From: Camelus dromedarius
Taxonomy: Eukaryota
Length of the DNA stretch: 64,000 bases
Direction of reading: 5' to 3'
NCBI RefSeq assembly: GCF_036321535.1
Contig: NC_087436.1
Span: forward strand, 63,738,001-63,802,000
Positions within the stretch are counted from its first letter, which is position 1. Each line of letters begins with the position of its first letter. The translations under genes and the position numbers were made by a program. Positions 26,601 through 40,589 of this stretch are shown in pieces. The notes under the pieces were generated by a model. It was not told where the DNA came from. It did not search any database and was given only the letters and a program-made list of their open reading frames with translations.

Positions 26601-27608
26601 ATGAATACCCAGAGGCCAATGAAGAATTACAACTAGAAACGTTAAAGCTTTGACATGGTTATTAGATTTTAGACATTAACGAATGGACCATTATGATGAC
26701 AAATACTATTTGTTTAATCTCTGAAGCAAAAGAAATATTAATTTTACAAGCCAATTTTTTAAATTGTAAAAAATTTGTGGTTTTGATTAGCTAAAAAGTT
26801 TAATCCTTATATTCAAATCTTTCTTAGTTTTAAAATGACATATAAAGCAATTCAGTTGTATAACTTTTAAGAAAAATAAAATAAATTAATAAGAATTGTA
26901 GCTTATTAAATTAAAAAAAAATGTATTTATCAAACCAAAGAAACATCCTGTCACTCTTAGGACCTGAGCACAATGAAATGACCTAAAGTGCTAAAAATAG
27001 TGACTTATTTCATGAGGGTAAACGTGCTTCTTGACATTGCCTTAGGATATTTGCTTTAAAAGCCTCCTCTTCACGGTTGGGGCTAAGTAAACCATAATTT
27101 AGCCCTTGTACTCATCATTACAAACAGAAAATCTTGATGTCACAGTTGGTGCTAAGTGAATCATAATCTAACCTTTGTTCCCATTATTACAATTAGAGGC
27201 TCTATGTATTAGAAGGACACTGAAAGGAAACATGAAACAGCTGGGTACAGGCCATTGCTTACCATTAGTTTGCTGGAATGCTTTGGGCTCATCACCTAAT
27301 CTTTGACTCTAATTGTTTTCATCTCTATAGTGAGAGAATTGAATAAGAGAATTTATTATTAGGATTTTCCATCTGAACTGATAAAGTACCAATTAATGAA
27401 AAAGTACTATAATAGACTGCTACTAGATTTAATAATCTATCACACACCAATGACTTGATAAATCAACCAACACAACTGGTTATAAATACAATGGAATGTA
27501 AGACTTTTACTTAAACTTTGATAGTTGTCTGGTAAATTTTTAACTACGTATTTAACTGTCAGCTCTTGTTAGTACGTTATAACTACAAATTGTTTTAAAT
27601 ATCTACGA

Positions 27609-27925
27609 CAGAGGTCAAAAACCAACAGCCTATGAATTAAATCTCTTCAGCAGTTGATGTTTAGTGCTTGCTCACTGTTTGTTTAAAAGAAAAAAATATA
27701 TAAACTTTTTAAATTAGGAAACTTATGAATAAAAAATATGAATTCTACCCTTTTTAGAAAAAAAAAGGAAAGTTTAGAAACACTGGTCCAGTCATTAGCA
27801 TAAAGAAACAATTTGTGGGTGGTGAGTTGCTGGGGCCTTTGGGTAGAGAGGAAGTTCCCACCTCAGTCCCTACCCAGCCTCACTTTCTCTTTTACTATGT
27901 AGGCTTTTGGTTTGTAAATGTTAAT
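27609..27925. mobile_element. MER102-like hAT-Charlie fossil
   Basis: Start 'cagaggtcaaaaacc', middle 'ttagaaaaaaaaaggaaagtttagaaacactgg', end 'tgtaggcttttggtttg'. Confidence 0.6.
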
Positions 27926-30599
27926 CTATTTCGGAGATTCATCAAGGGATCAATCTGAGTTGAGAGAATAAAGTAACATGAGACTTGGTCCTAGAGCATT
28001 TCATTGGGGACAGTGATGTCCTTCAGGAGTTCTAGCAGAAGGTATGAAATCAGCAACCTTGACTGTTACGTTTTTCTATTTGCCATTAAGAAACATCTCA
28101 TCTTAGTAATATGTCAACAAACTTTCTTCCCTCAAATATGTGCAGACAAAAGGACATTACTCCGTTTTTTTATTTGTTCAATAGAAATAAACAGCATCTG
28201 AGCTTTATGTACTTTTGAATTGTAGCAGTAAAAAATTAGCTGCGTGAACAGGAACCAAGAGACAGACTGTGCACTATATTTCCTGCTCATATGTTGTCTC
28301 AGCTGTTTTTGCACTTTACAGTTTCAGCTGAAGAATGTCCATTTATCACGTAATGCTAATCAGTTATCATTCTACTCTACATTTTGTACAAAACATTGCT
28401 GGGAAGTCTGTTCTGGATTTGATGGATAGCCAGAATGGGACAGCACATAACCAAAATAAGGCATAAATACTCACAGATGTCTGGTCATACAGATGAGTTA
28501 AAATCAAAGAAAATTAAGCTGGATAAGACAGACATGATCACAGAGCACATCAGGGGAGCATAAACTTGCTTTTTCTTCACCTTTCTCATCCAAATGGGCT
28601 TTCTTCTCATTAAAATAAATATTCAAACCAGAAGGTCTTTCATTTGTTTCCTTAAACTAGTAGATTTTTCCCCCCAAATGTAAACCTCACATCAAGAAGA
28701 CAAAAAGCAGAAATCCTGTTTATTACCAAAGATATCCAAAAAGCCGTCCAAATCCAAATTAGAGCATATGGTGCAAATTCCCCCTCTTATATCCTCCAGC
28801 ATTCCTTACCTCACCCCCTCATCTCACTCTTGCTCTGGTTTGGGAAAACCATATTTTTTTTTTATTCAAAAGCCACGGAAGAAAATTTTTGCTGCTCCAA
28901 AATAATTGTCTAGCTGAAAATAAAGCAGTAATTTTACTGTCTCCTTATTCATTCAATGATTTAATATTTTTGTCAAGCAATATCTGATTATTATAAATGT
29001 TTCTCACATCTTAATTTTATTGTTGAATAATATCATTCTTTTCATATATTGTTATTTGTGTATCAACCTTTTGTTTGTTTATACCACTGGTATCCTTTTA
29101 ACATTGCCAATCAACCATTACTCTCATAGCTACCTATGAAAATCATTCCATATGAAATAGACTCAGCCTGAGCTTGTTTCTATAGCTCTAATATTTTTGT
29201 CTATAAAAATAAATGACTGCTGTTTTCTCTTGTATGCTTTCAACTACTGAAAATTTAAAATTAAAGAATGGTAGTTGTTTTCTTCTTGGGAATTGTCCTT
29301 TCACATTGTGATACTTCAAAATGCAAAAGTAAGTATGTTTCATGTGGATATTCTGTTGTATGATTTTCAATTCATGCATAGATATGAATTCAGTCCTCTT
29401 AAAGTTGTATTGTTTCCAAATTTCTTGGTAGATTTACTTTATAATAATATTTACCTATATAAAGGATACATTTAAAGTATTGGATATTTGCTCAACAAAT
29501 GTCAAGATTTCAAATCAAGCAGTAACGGTAATCTAAGAAGGAGGGTTGAAGAGTAGACAGCTTTGCAGTTTTGAACTCCTAACACTAGATTTGTAAATGG
29601 CAATCTGGTCACTTCAGCGAACTTGTAAAGAGTAAGGTAAGGGTTATAACAGGGAAGACTCAAAGGAATCATCCACTTCAAACTGATGTCTTCTGAAGTA
29701 ATTTTTCAGCACAGATTTGGGGATATAAATTTCTTTATAGTTTATTTTGAGTTGGAATTGCTAGCAAGAAATCGACTGAACTTATATATGGCTATGCTTT
29801 CTTTCCAAGAAAGAATGATGTCATCACATTATTAGGCAGAAAAAAAGTGTCATTTCTCAAATCTAGCAGCCATTCCTCATATACATGACCACTAATTCTA
29901 TTTCACTCTTTAATAGAATTGTACAAATCTTGCCAATACTTTTAAATGATTTAGCAAATAAAGACATGTTCTTCAGGTTCAAATATTTTAAGAAGATAAA
30001 GGGAAGTTATGAACTATAAGATGTTAATGGCATAGTCTACCCAGTTGGTAGCAAAGGAGAAACATAGCAAGCAAAAAGAATCATATGAAAATTGAAAATA
30101 AGCAAAACATTATTAATTTGAGACATATGTTTTAGAAATTTTAAACAGTCATCTGATGATTTATACATAAATTTAAGACAGAACCTACTTAATTTATATA
30201 TTTATTACATTTAAAAATGCTATTTATTCAGTACACAATTACTGAGGAACTCCTCTGTGTAAGGCACTCCACTACATGTGAAAACAAGTTATTAAAAGCT
30301 CAGGATTCTAGAGTCAAGGCAAATTAATTTCAGCTTGATTTGAGTGCACAGAGCTTATGAATTGTTGCTTCCTGTTTGATAAAATCTCAGCTTGGGATAA
30401 CTCATAATATAAACTTAGGATCAATATTAATTCACTAGTACTGCACAAGTCATTAGTAAATGCTAACAACACAATTTCTATGCAAAGAGCAGTAAAACTA
30501 ACTTTATCACAAAACTGAAGGAAACATAAATAACCTCAATGCTGCATAATAATGTTTTTTTGCTATTTTGACAAACATCTTAAATGTATTAATTTATAA

Positions 30600-33350
30600 T
30601 CACTTATTGCATAAATGGTTATGGAACACCTACCCTGTGACATATTTCTGAGCTAAGCATAAAGGTCCAACAAACTAGGGAGGAAGACAGACAGAAAAAC
30701 AAGCAGTTTCAGTATAAGGTAATGAATCAAAGGAGGCATCCCAGAGAAGATGGAGAGGAGGGGCCGTGCTTGGGGATTTCAGATTTTATCCTGTAGACAA
30801 TAGGAAGGCACTGAGGATATGTAAGCTAGGAAGTAATTTAATACGTTTTGCATTTTAAAAAGATGACTCTGATTGAAAGTTTTAAAAAAATAGAACTAGA
30901 AAGATAGAAGATTAGAAGCAGAAAGACCAGTTGGAGGATTCTTTCAGGAAATGAGATGAAAAGAATAGTGTCTGGAACTAAAGCCATGATTATAAAGATA
31001 GAGGATAATGTGAGGTGAAACAAAAGAGATAGAAAAGATATATTAAAGTGATTGATTTGATGCTGAGATTGGTGAAGAGAATATTATAGTTGACATTGAG
31101 GAGTCTGCATGACAATTCATATTCACTAAATGTAAAACTCATTCACTGACATGAATACTCATCACATATATTTATCATTTCTATACCTAAAATTGTCTTA
31201 GGAATTTGATATGTAGGTTATCCTTTCAAAAAATTCAAATATTGATCCATTCTTCATTCATGCGTTCATTCAGTTATTAGTTTGTCAATTATTTATGGAG
31301 AATCTTCTGAGTGTTCCACACTATATTTGGGTAAGGAGGACGTAATAGGTTGAAAACAGATAAAAGAATTGATGGAAGACTGTGTGCAAATGTGATAAGA
31401 GGGACACAACATGTACAATGAACTTAAAGGTAGATTAGAACTGAAAACGCAAAGGAAATATGATGCAAGTAGAAGCTGCTGGAGGAACCATGCTGAGTCC
31501 TATTTTCAACATATTACTTACCATTGATTTAAGAAAAACTGGCAAACTTCCAAGAATTTTAAACAGAGGAGGAAAGGTGCCATTACTACATTTGTGTTTT
31601 GAAAAGATTCTTCTGGCTGCAATGTGAAAAAATGGAGTGAGAATTATTAAGCGTATAAATAGGAGAGTGATTTTAGGATATATATATAATCGTATTATGC
31701 AGCAGGATGGTGAAGTGAAGAATATGAAAAAGAATAGATAAAGATATTTAGAAGACAAGCTACAAAGCTTGGTGAAAAATATAAAAGGATGGAGAAGAAA
31801 GAGGGTTATCAAGATTTCTGGCTTAAATTACTACATGGATAGAACAACCATTCACGGAGATAGACCACATTGAAGGGGGCAGTTTCAGATGGGGAAAGAT
31901 CAAATTTTTGAGGTTATTTTAAAATCTGCAAGAAGAAAGATCTCATAGGCAGCTGGGTACATAGTGTGTTCCAAAAAGACTGGGATGTTTGACCTGAAAA
32001 AGATAAGTGCTTCTATTTTCTCTGCAAAGTAGAATATAACATCAGGGATGGAGCAGGAAGTAAAGGAAGTTGGAGTTTGTGAAGAAAAAAAAAGTTTTAA
32101 ATATTTGAATGAATGAATTGGCCAAAGAAGTATAATAAGGTTGGCAAGCAATGTGGAGATAAGCATCATCCATGTATAGTGGAACTGGTTTTCACTGGAC
32201 TTCCTCTTTCAGTGTTGGGATATAGACAAGATATAACTGAGTCCATCCATGGCAGGGGAGTTATCGTACAGACATGATTTTTTTTTAAATGAGAAACAAG
32301 GGTTTGATATATTTGTTAGAGTACAATGAAATTATTAATCATTAAATTTAATTTTAATAAAAAGAACAATGAAGGAAGAAGAAGTCTGAAGCACTGGGAA
32401 AAATTAGAGTTATAAATGTTTTCTGATGGTGCCAAGGAAGAATGAAAATGGCAATAGGAGAAAAAGCAAGGTGGGAGCGAGCAAGGTGACATTTACATTT
32501 TGGAGATGGAGCACTTATGAGTGATGATCAGGTCCAACGGGTGATCGTGGAAGAGAGACACTGAAGCAATCAAAAACTGCCTAAAAAAGGTTATTGGAGG
32601 GTGATACTTTGATGTAGCTTTGAAATTATTCAAGGTGAGGGCAAGGCTTATAAATAAAGTGCTTACATTTTTGCTAAATAAGGAAGAATAATCAGGTCAG
32701 AGATTATTAGCAACCAAGGGTCAACAGAAGCTTGATTTTCAAAGGTGCAAGAATGAGTAGGAGGGTGTCTCAGGCTGAATTGGTGTCCTCCCTCTCAAAT
32801 CATATGTTGAAGTCCTAACCCTTAGGACCTCAGAATGTGACTATATTTGGAGTTAAGTTCTTTAAAAGGGTAGTTAAGGTTGAATGAGGTAATTAGGGTG
32901 GGCCCTAATCCAAAACGACTGATGTCCTTATAAGAAGAGACAATTAGGTCACCATTGACCACAGAGGGAAGATGATGTGAAGATGGAGGGAGAAGACAGC
33001 CATGTCTACATCAAGGAGAGACCCCTCAGAAGAAACAACTCTGCTGACACCTTCATCTGGGCATTCTAGCCTCCAGAACTGTGAGAAAGTAAATTTCTGT
33101 TGTTCAAGCCACACAGTCTGTGGTACTTTGTGGTGACGGCAAACTAATACAGAGGAATTAGAGGAAGAATGACATGGAAGCAGCAATAGAGAGCTACTAA
33201 CCCCTACTGCTGGCCCTGAGTTACATGGAATATGGTAAAAGAAATGAAACCCACTTAAAGGTACTACAGAGGAAATTAATTCTCGGAGTTTCAGTTATGG
33301 CAAAGAGGCAGAGTAGTACTCAGCAAAATGTTCGAGGATATAGAGGGTAA
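30600..33350 (-). mobile_element. Two successive antisense L2 fossils (second starts ~31250), the latter split by MLT1
   Basis: Reverse tail 'ttcttcattcatgcgttcattcag'; 'ttttgaaaagattcttctggctgcaatgtg'; 'agattttatcctgtagacaataggaagg'. Confidence 0.7.
32766..33151 (+). mobile_element. MaLR solo LTR (MLT1A/B-like)
   Basis: TG...CA, 386 bp, 5-bp TSD gaggg/gagga, 'tatgttgaagtcctaacc', 'ctagcctccagaactgtgagaaagtaaatttctgttgttcaagccac'. Confidence 0.93.
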
Positions 33351-35338
33351 TATAGATACCTTTCAATTTCCAATAATTGGAACCCAATTCTAAGGAAGAA
33401 AGTAATCAAAGGAGTTCAAAGTCTCCTAGCATCTGGGGTCAGGATATAGCCAGTGCGCATTAACGCTTCTAATAGGTACTCCTAAGTACATACCACATTG
33501 TTTAATTAATGGTACCATTTAGATCAATCCAGATTTAGATAGTCAATTTAGATAGCAGCTGGTCTGGCAAAGAACAGAAAGAAAGCTAACAATCTCTGTC
33601 TTTCACATTTCTTCCATTTTCATACTGACTAAAATATGGGATACTTAAAAAAAAAAGATTTGTTATACATTCTCAGTAAGAATAATGGGAAAGGGAAATA
33701 AAAATGAAGGCAGACACACTAATTGACCTATGGAAAGTCAGAAATTTCCTTAGGAGAAAGCTAGAGGCTAAGCTAGACAGATATTTTAAAAAAAGGAAAA
33801 ATGATATACCCAACTACAAATCCTTTTAAAGATGAGTGTAGAAAAGTGAAGATATCAGAATTGTTTTCTTAGAGAACATTCTCAGGACTCACAGCAACAT
33901 AAAAGAATAATAAGATTTCCCGAAGTAAACTGAATTGACTTTCCAAGAGGGAGACATAACAAAGACACTTTTGAGGCTCTCTCTGAAAGCATAGAAAAGA
34001 TTTAGTAATTGGAACAATCGGGAAACTTATTTTTCATGAATGGATCAATTTCATTAGATGTGAACATATCTGAAACAGGGAAAACTGGAAAATTATGGAT
34101 GAATATTTCCAAAACCATTTAGTAGTTTCAAAGGGATAGAGTTATCATACATGGGGAATCAGATCTGCCCTATGTGAAGGCTCAGGCAAGATGAAAGGGA
34201 GACAGAAGAAAGACCAAATCCACTAAAAAGAAGCCAGATGAGACAATTTTGTCAAACACTGTTTTGCAAATTTAGCTCCTATGTAAAAATGTCACAATCA
34301 GGAAGAGGATAAGGAGGTTTTGTTTTATTTATTTTGTTTGCTCCTTGGCTGGTTTGTTTAATGTAACAGATGCTTTGGAGAGACCTACTATTCATTGGCT
34401 TTCAAAGAAACCAACAAAGCAGAATATAGAAGAGTATTCTCAGGGAATAAATGTCTAAACCTGAAACAAAAAGAAAAAAATAACAATTTTACCAATAATA
34501 TGGTATTCTTCCTATAAAAAACCAAACAAGAGACATGTGCAATTAAAAAGGAGATTGGACTTCTTTAACTTAAACTTTTGAGAGGACTGGGGTAAATCAG
34601 GAAAAAAATGGAAGCCTTGGAAAATGGAACCCTTGCTTTACAAGTAAAGGAAGTAGAAAATGTTTTTCTGGTGCTTCTGAAATAGCTAATAAAAGAAATT
34701 ATGGCTTGGAAAATTAAAACTCTGAAGGGAAACACAATTTTGTGGAGCAGCAAAAAATATATATAGTTTTTACTCCCTGAGTCGTTGAACACGTAAGTTT
34801 AGAAATGTCAATAACAGCATCTTAAATTCAGGAATCTGTCAAGAATGGCCTCCAGTTGTTCAGTGAGAGTACCTGGAGAAAGCCCCCTTAGAAGGTAAAA
34901 GTGGTAGGTCCTACAGCACAAGGCAAAAAATAGGGGATCCTATTTGTGTTTAAAAAAATAGACAAGAGCATGTGTTGGCTTGCGTGGAATCAGGACAATT
35001 AATGTTGCTTGAAGAGTTAGCTGCTACAAAGGCAGAGCACCCTACTCACGAGTGAAGATGGAGGCTATGATACCAGGAAGAGCTCACACTAAGGTCAGCT
35101 TTGGATGGTGGAGCTAATGCAAAACTCCCCATGGGAATTTTGGAACAGTGAAAAACAGGAAGAGTTTAGGGTTAGAATGTTTCCCCTAAGAGTGGAAGAA
35201 GGCTCAGACTAAAGCTACTAATATTAGCATATAATTAAGACTTCTATTGCTGAAAGGGATAATATATATATAGATGAATTCAGGATTTAACATCTTTGAA
35301 ATTGGATTTCTCCAATCAGCAAGGGAATTTCATTTTGT

Positions 35339-35390
35339 ATTATAATTATATAATTATATTATAATTGTATTTCAATTATATAATTATAAT
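35339..35390. repeat. AT-only inverted repeat / palindrome
   Basis: 17-bp arms at 35339-35355 and 35374-35390; perfect 18-bp palindrome at 35341-35358. Confidence 0.85.
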
Positions 35391-35619
35391 GTGTGTGTTT
35401 GCGCTCGCACCTGTATGTGTGTGTGTCAGCCAGAAGCCCAAGATGGACCGAGGACTGTCTTTAAAGAAAGACTACTGTCTCCTCCCTACCAAAAGGAAGT
35501 ACCACATGCTGGATGACTATAGACTCTCTGGGTAATCCAGTGCGCTAAGACAGTACACAGGATCAGGGAGCATTGGGGGGAATATGTCCCCCTACTCACA
35601 GCCTAGCAGAGCAGACTAG

Positions 35620-35810
35620 AATAGTGAATGAAAACAGTCATGATTCCTAATTTCACAAGTTATCAACTTGTTGAGCTTGGATAAGTTACTCAGTCTCTGC
35701 TTAGATTTTTCATCTTCAAAACAGGGTTAATAAGTACATACCTCAAACGATTGTTTTGAGGGTTAAATGAAGGTACCCGGTATGTAATAAGTATGCAATC
35801 AGTTCTGGAT
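35620..35810 (+). mobile_element. MIR SINE
   Basis: Core 'ttggataagttactcagtctctg...ttttcatcttcaaaacaggg...tacctca...ttgttttgagggttaaatga'. Confidence 0.8.
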
Positions 35811-35914
35811 ATGATTAAACTTATTATCTTATGTCAGATTAAACACCCTTTTGTCAACCGATACCAAATTCTTTTTCATCTGTCCCACCCTCACACTCTC
35901 CCTTGGACAAAATT

Positions 35915-36160
35915 ACAGCAAAATGGCAAAGAGCACTGGCTCTGGAATCAGATTGTTTAGATTCAAATCCCAGCTCATAACATGATTTGGGGCAGATACC
36001 CTCATTCGACCTCAGTTTTCTTCTATGTGCTTACCTTGCAGAGTTGTTACATGGATTCAATGAGTTGCTCTATGGGAGGTGCTTGGAAAACTACATATAT
36101 ATAGCATGCGTGTTTTAGAGTGCTTGAGATACACTATGTAAGCATTACTTTCATCAGTAT
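35915..36160 (+). mobile_element. MIR SINE
   Basis: 'aagagcactggctctggaatcaga...ttcaaatcccagctc...cctcagttttct'. Confidence 0.85.
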
Positions 36161-39100
36161 TATTGATGAGAACCTGGGCATTCAGTGGATCTCATTTTTC
36201 CACTGTGCTTTAAACACGAGAGTCCCATTCCATCTTTTCTCTTGAGCTTTGTGCTCACTGTGGCCTGGCTGTAGGGAAACATGCCCACCTCCTAGGGTGG
36301 CCCTGCCTCACTCGCTCTCTTAGATTTCTTCAGCAGTAGAGGTGGGGCAGAGTAGGATATCGCATTTTGGCCCTCAGGCCTATGCCAAGTCACTGATTTA
36401 GAATTTTCCCCAGTAATAAGATTCTGTTTATTTCCTTCCTTGAAGAAAATGATATAAAATGTTCCCTCCTTTTCTTTTTTTTTTAATGAAATCACAAAAC
36501 CCAATGTTAATATATTCCCATTTGGAAGAACTAAAATGTTTATTGCAGCTGACTACCCTAAATGATTGAATTAGTTGGAAGATTTTATAAGGGCATGACT
36601 TTCTGGAAGCAGAAGTGTCAAGTTTACCTCTTCCCTATTATTCCTTTTAAAAAAGAAAACAAGTACTTTTAATTTATATTGGATGGAATCCATGAACTCA
36701 TACAGAATTGAAAGCATTGTTTGAATATTAAAAAAAAAAAGTCTAATATAATATAGTCCAGTCAGAAAAACTATTATTTACCAGTTCATAACACTGAAGC
36801 ATCAATTTTGGACATTCTGGATTGCAGCTCTAGGTGTAGATATAATGTGCTCTGATAATAAGACTCCCCAAGTGCTGCCATCTTTCATTTTACATAGTTT
36901 ACACTTGAATCAGTAAAATTCATTCATAGTCAAAGAACACATTTAACACATATACTGACAAACCCTATGCTTGACTTTCTCTGCTGAGTTTCATACTCAA
37001 ACCCATGAACTATTGAGTAGTTAGCAATGTCTAAAAATAAGATCAGTTAACCTCTCAAAGCTTGATTGCCAAAATAGATTTAGCACTGCTCCCTTGAAGT
37101 TTCTCGGCTGGAGGACACTGTCTTAAATATGGCAAACCTCCCTGCATATGTATCACATAGACTAGAGAAGTTGAAAGGGCACAACCAACAGTATCTGCGT
37201 TACCTTTTTAGTTTACCCTCGTAAACTGCTTTTGCTGCTTGGTGTCAAATATCCAACAGGGTTCTATCAAAAGACTACTGCAAAAAAAGTGTAAGTGTAA
37301 ACAGTGAGAAACTTTTGGGAGGGAATTGATCACAAATAACAAAATAAGCATTTTTAATTGTAGTACAGTTGATTTACAATGGAAAATATTACAGAGAACA
37401 TATATAGTATAAATAGATTTAATTACTATTTTTCATATAAAAACTCTTGGGTAGACATGAAATTGTTAACAGATGCTACCACCCAGAGCTTAAAAACTGT
37501 GAAGACTTCCTCTTTACATATTTTTATATTTTAATATCCTACAATTAAGTATATATATAATATATATGTACATTCTTCCAAATGAGAGTACAAAATGAGA
37601 AAAGAATAGGTCTTTGAAGATGATTTTCTCCAGTCCTCTGATATTCACTGCCATTCTAACATGGATTATGTAAAATTAACTAGTGAATATTTAAAGTAGT
37701 TTCATAATCTCAGAAAGATAAAGGAATGTATGCAGAGCAAGTCCACTTAGAAAAGGGCAGGAAAACCGAGTATTGGATAGTGCTTAGTGAAGAACTGAAC
37801 GAGAGACATGTGGTGGGGTAAATAGAAATTGGACAGTAATTTGTCTAAGTCCCAACTTTTGCTGTTAGCTAGGCTTACTATTCAAATTTTGGGGTGTCTT
37901 GCAACATTTACAATAACCACTGACATGCCAGAATTAAGAGGATGGAGTTCTCATATCAAAAGAATAAGCTGATATAGCTCTTCTGTATTTCTCTGCACCA
38001 AAATTAAAATTATGTAAATTGATATCTTGCTTTTGTACCTGTTAATAGAATAAAGCATCCAATTTCTGGCATTTTTTCTGATATCTAGAGTTAGCACAAG
38101 CCATCTCTGTGGGCAGTTTCAACAATAAAACAACATCAAGCAATGTAATTGTTGCTTGAAAAAGCCAAAAGATGCAATTAAGAAAAGACTCTCACAAAAG
38201 CAAATAAAGGGGAAAGCACCTCTCCTACCCAACCACAAGCCTCTCTTGTAATTCATTCATGCTCCCCTTCCCTGTTGTTATCCTATCATCAAAAGTTCTA
38301 CATCTGAAATTCAAAGCAACCTTAAATTAAACTATATAGAGGCAACTAAATGTTAGCTTTTCACTTCCCATGACTTCCACATTTTATGCATTTTCCTTTT
38401 TAACAAATGACTTGCATTTGTGCTAAGTGACTAAAATTGAGTTCTCCTTGTTAATCACTTGATGGTGGGGGTGTGTGGGGGTGTGTTTAATTTATTGCAT
38501 AGAGTAGCACTGAGTATGCAAGGAAAAATATTCTGGTGATCATAAGGTCTTTAAAAGGCACTGGCTCTAAAGCAAATGGTTAATACTTTTCGCCTGTATG
38601 GTGAATAAACTTTGACTAATATTAATAGATCTTATAAATATCTAGTCATGAACTGGTCTTTAAATCTGCTTTCCCATTCCAAACTGTACAGATATGCAAA
38701 GGGTTTCTTATTTGGAAAAATGGAGTACATTACTGAGTAACTATTGAGCTGCCTGTGATGTAGCCAAAAAATACAAATAGTTCCACTTACCGAGGTCTCT
38801 CCTGAGGATTCTAAAGACCACAATTTGCTGCCTTCTAATTCTGGATTTCTGGAATAAAAATAAGACATCTTTGGAATGAAGGAGGTTTATAATCTATCTG
38901 TAAGGCTATTGCCAGAAAATAAAGCCCATTTAATTTCATTTAGCATTCAGAGTGGCATTTCTTTATGAGAAATCTGGTCCTACTGAAATTATATGGCAAT
39001 ATTTTGTTGAGTTTCGATCCTGTAGGAAGAGCTCATTCCACCGTACTTTCGTCTAATTGAATATTTTCCACTGACAGTCAAACTAAGACTGTATTATTTG

Positions 39101-39519
39101 GCCAACAGCCAGATATAAACTTTTGAAGTGTTGTAAGTGTCCTGTTCAGAGTACTCCAAGACTGCAGTAAATTTGTGAAGCCAAGACTGGCTGACATTGG
39201 CTCAGGAAATCCATTTTTGAACCTTAGTGATCTGTAGGAACTTTTTCTCTATTCTGTCATGAGCTACATGACTCTAGACAAAGCTGTTTGCTGTATCAGG
39301 TGATCACCATTAGGGGTACATTCTAATCATTAAAGGTAAGTCTGAATGTTTCTCTCAGATGCGTATTCCTGAACCACAAAAACATACTTGTATGTACACA
39401 CATTACACATGCATACCCATATACACATGATTGATGGAGTATTACATGAGGTAATGTTGAAAAATGTCTATATATTTATATATAGTGTGTGAGTCATCAA
39501 ATTTTTTTCAAATATACAT

Positions 39520-39750
39520 TACATACTCACATACATATAGAAGTCTGTATATGCATAAATAATTCTGGAAAGATACATTAGAAATTATTATATAGAAAAT
39601 ACTCTGGGAAGTGTGACTGGGGAGTTGGGGAGTTTATAAGCAAAATCTCTATTTTCACCATATGCTTCTTCAAGTTGCTAATTTTATTTTGAGCAGTATT
39701 TACAATTTTATATTTTTTAAAACTAATTATAAATATTTATGTACAGGATT
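39520..39750 (+). mobile_element. Old L1ME-like 3' end fragment
   Basis: 'tctggaaagatacattagaaatt...ctctgggaagtgtgactgggg'. Confidence 0.5.
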
Positions 39751-40589
39751 AAAGATGTTATTAATCTTGATTTCAGATAAATAAGCAATTGATTTTCTAT
39801 AAAAATCAAGGAAAATCCCTAAAAGAAATTTCTGTCATATTTACAGATCTAAACTCACTGGAAAAAGTGTTTTTCTTATGTTGTATATATCCACTTAATG
39901 CAGATTTAACTTTTATATAAAACTTTTTATTTAACTTTTATGGAATATTTAACCCAGAGAGCACAGACTCACAAATATTTAGACATACTGATGACAATGT
40001 TCTCCTATTCTCAGCTAATTTAGCCATATTTTCTACAGTGAAGTGGTTACTCTCGATCAATACTGGAAACTTCATCTCCTTGCAGAGGACTCACAAATGA
40101 GTTAATGAGAACCAGTAATGTCTCCAAGACAATTTTAAGTCATTTGAGGACTCTTACCATAAGAAGTTGGTACAAGAGGGGATATATATGGTTATAACTG
40201 AGCTACAAATGACAAATTCAAGGTATCTCAAATATGAGATAAAACACCCTTATGGGTAGAGTGTAGACAGAAGTCAAACAGGTGTGCCTCAATTTCATGG
40301 AATATGTTCTTTGCTTTAAGAAATCAGTGAGAGTCATAAAAATAATTTCCCTTCAGAAAATCTGTGAAGAGAGTGTCCAAAGTGCAGTAACAAAAAATTG
40401 AAGGAGAGAAATATGCTATGAGGACAAGAAACCAGGCTCTTTGTTGATCCTTTATGGCAAGATTATATTCCACCAAAACTCAGCCTAGAAACTAACTCCT
40501 TTGGTAGAGTCCAGAATCTCTGTGTCAGTCCAGTGGTCAACTCTGTCATCCATACATTCTTTCCACCTAAAAAGACCTCAGATCTATGC

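Noticed and set aside
39300..39335. Plus-strand 36-nt exon (cag|...AAG|gtaagt)
   Set aside because: Stops in all three frames and a weak pyrimidine tract.
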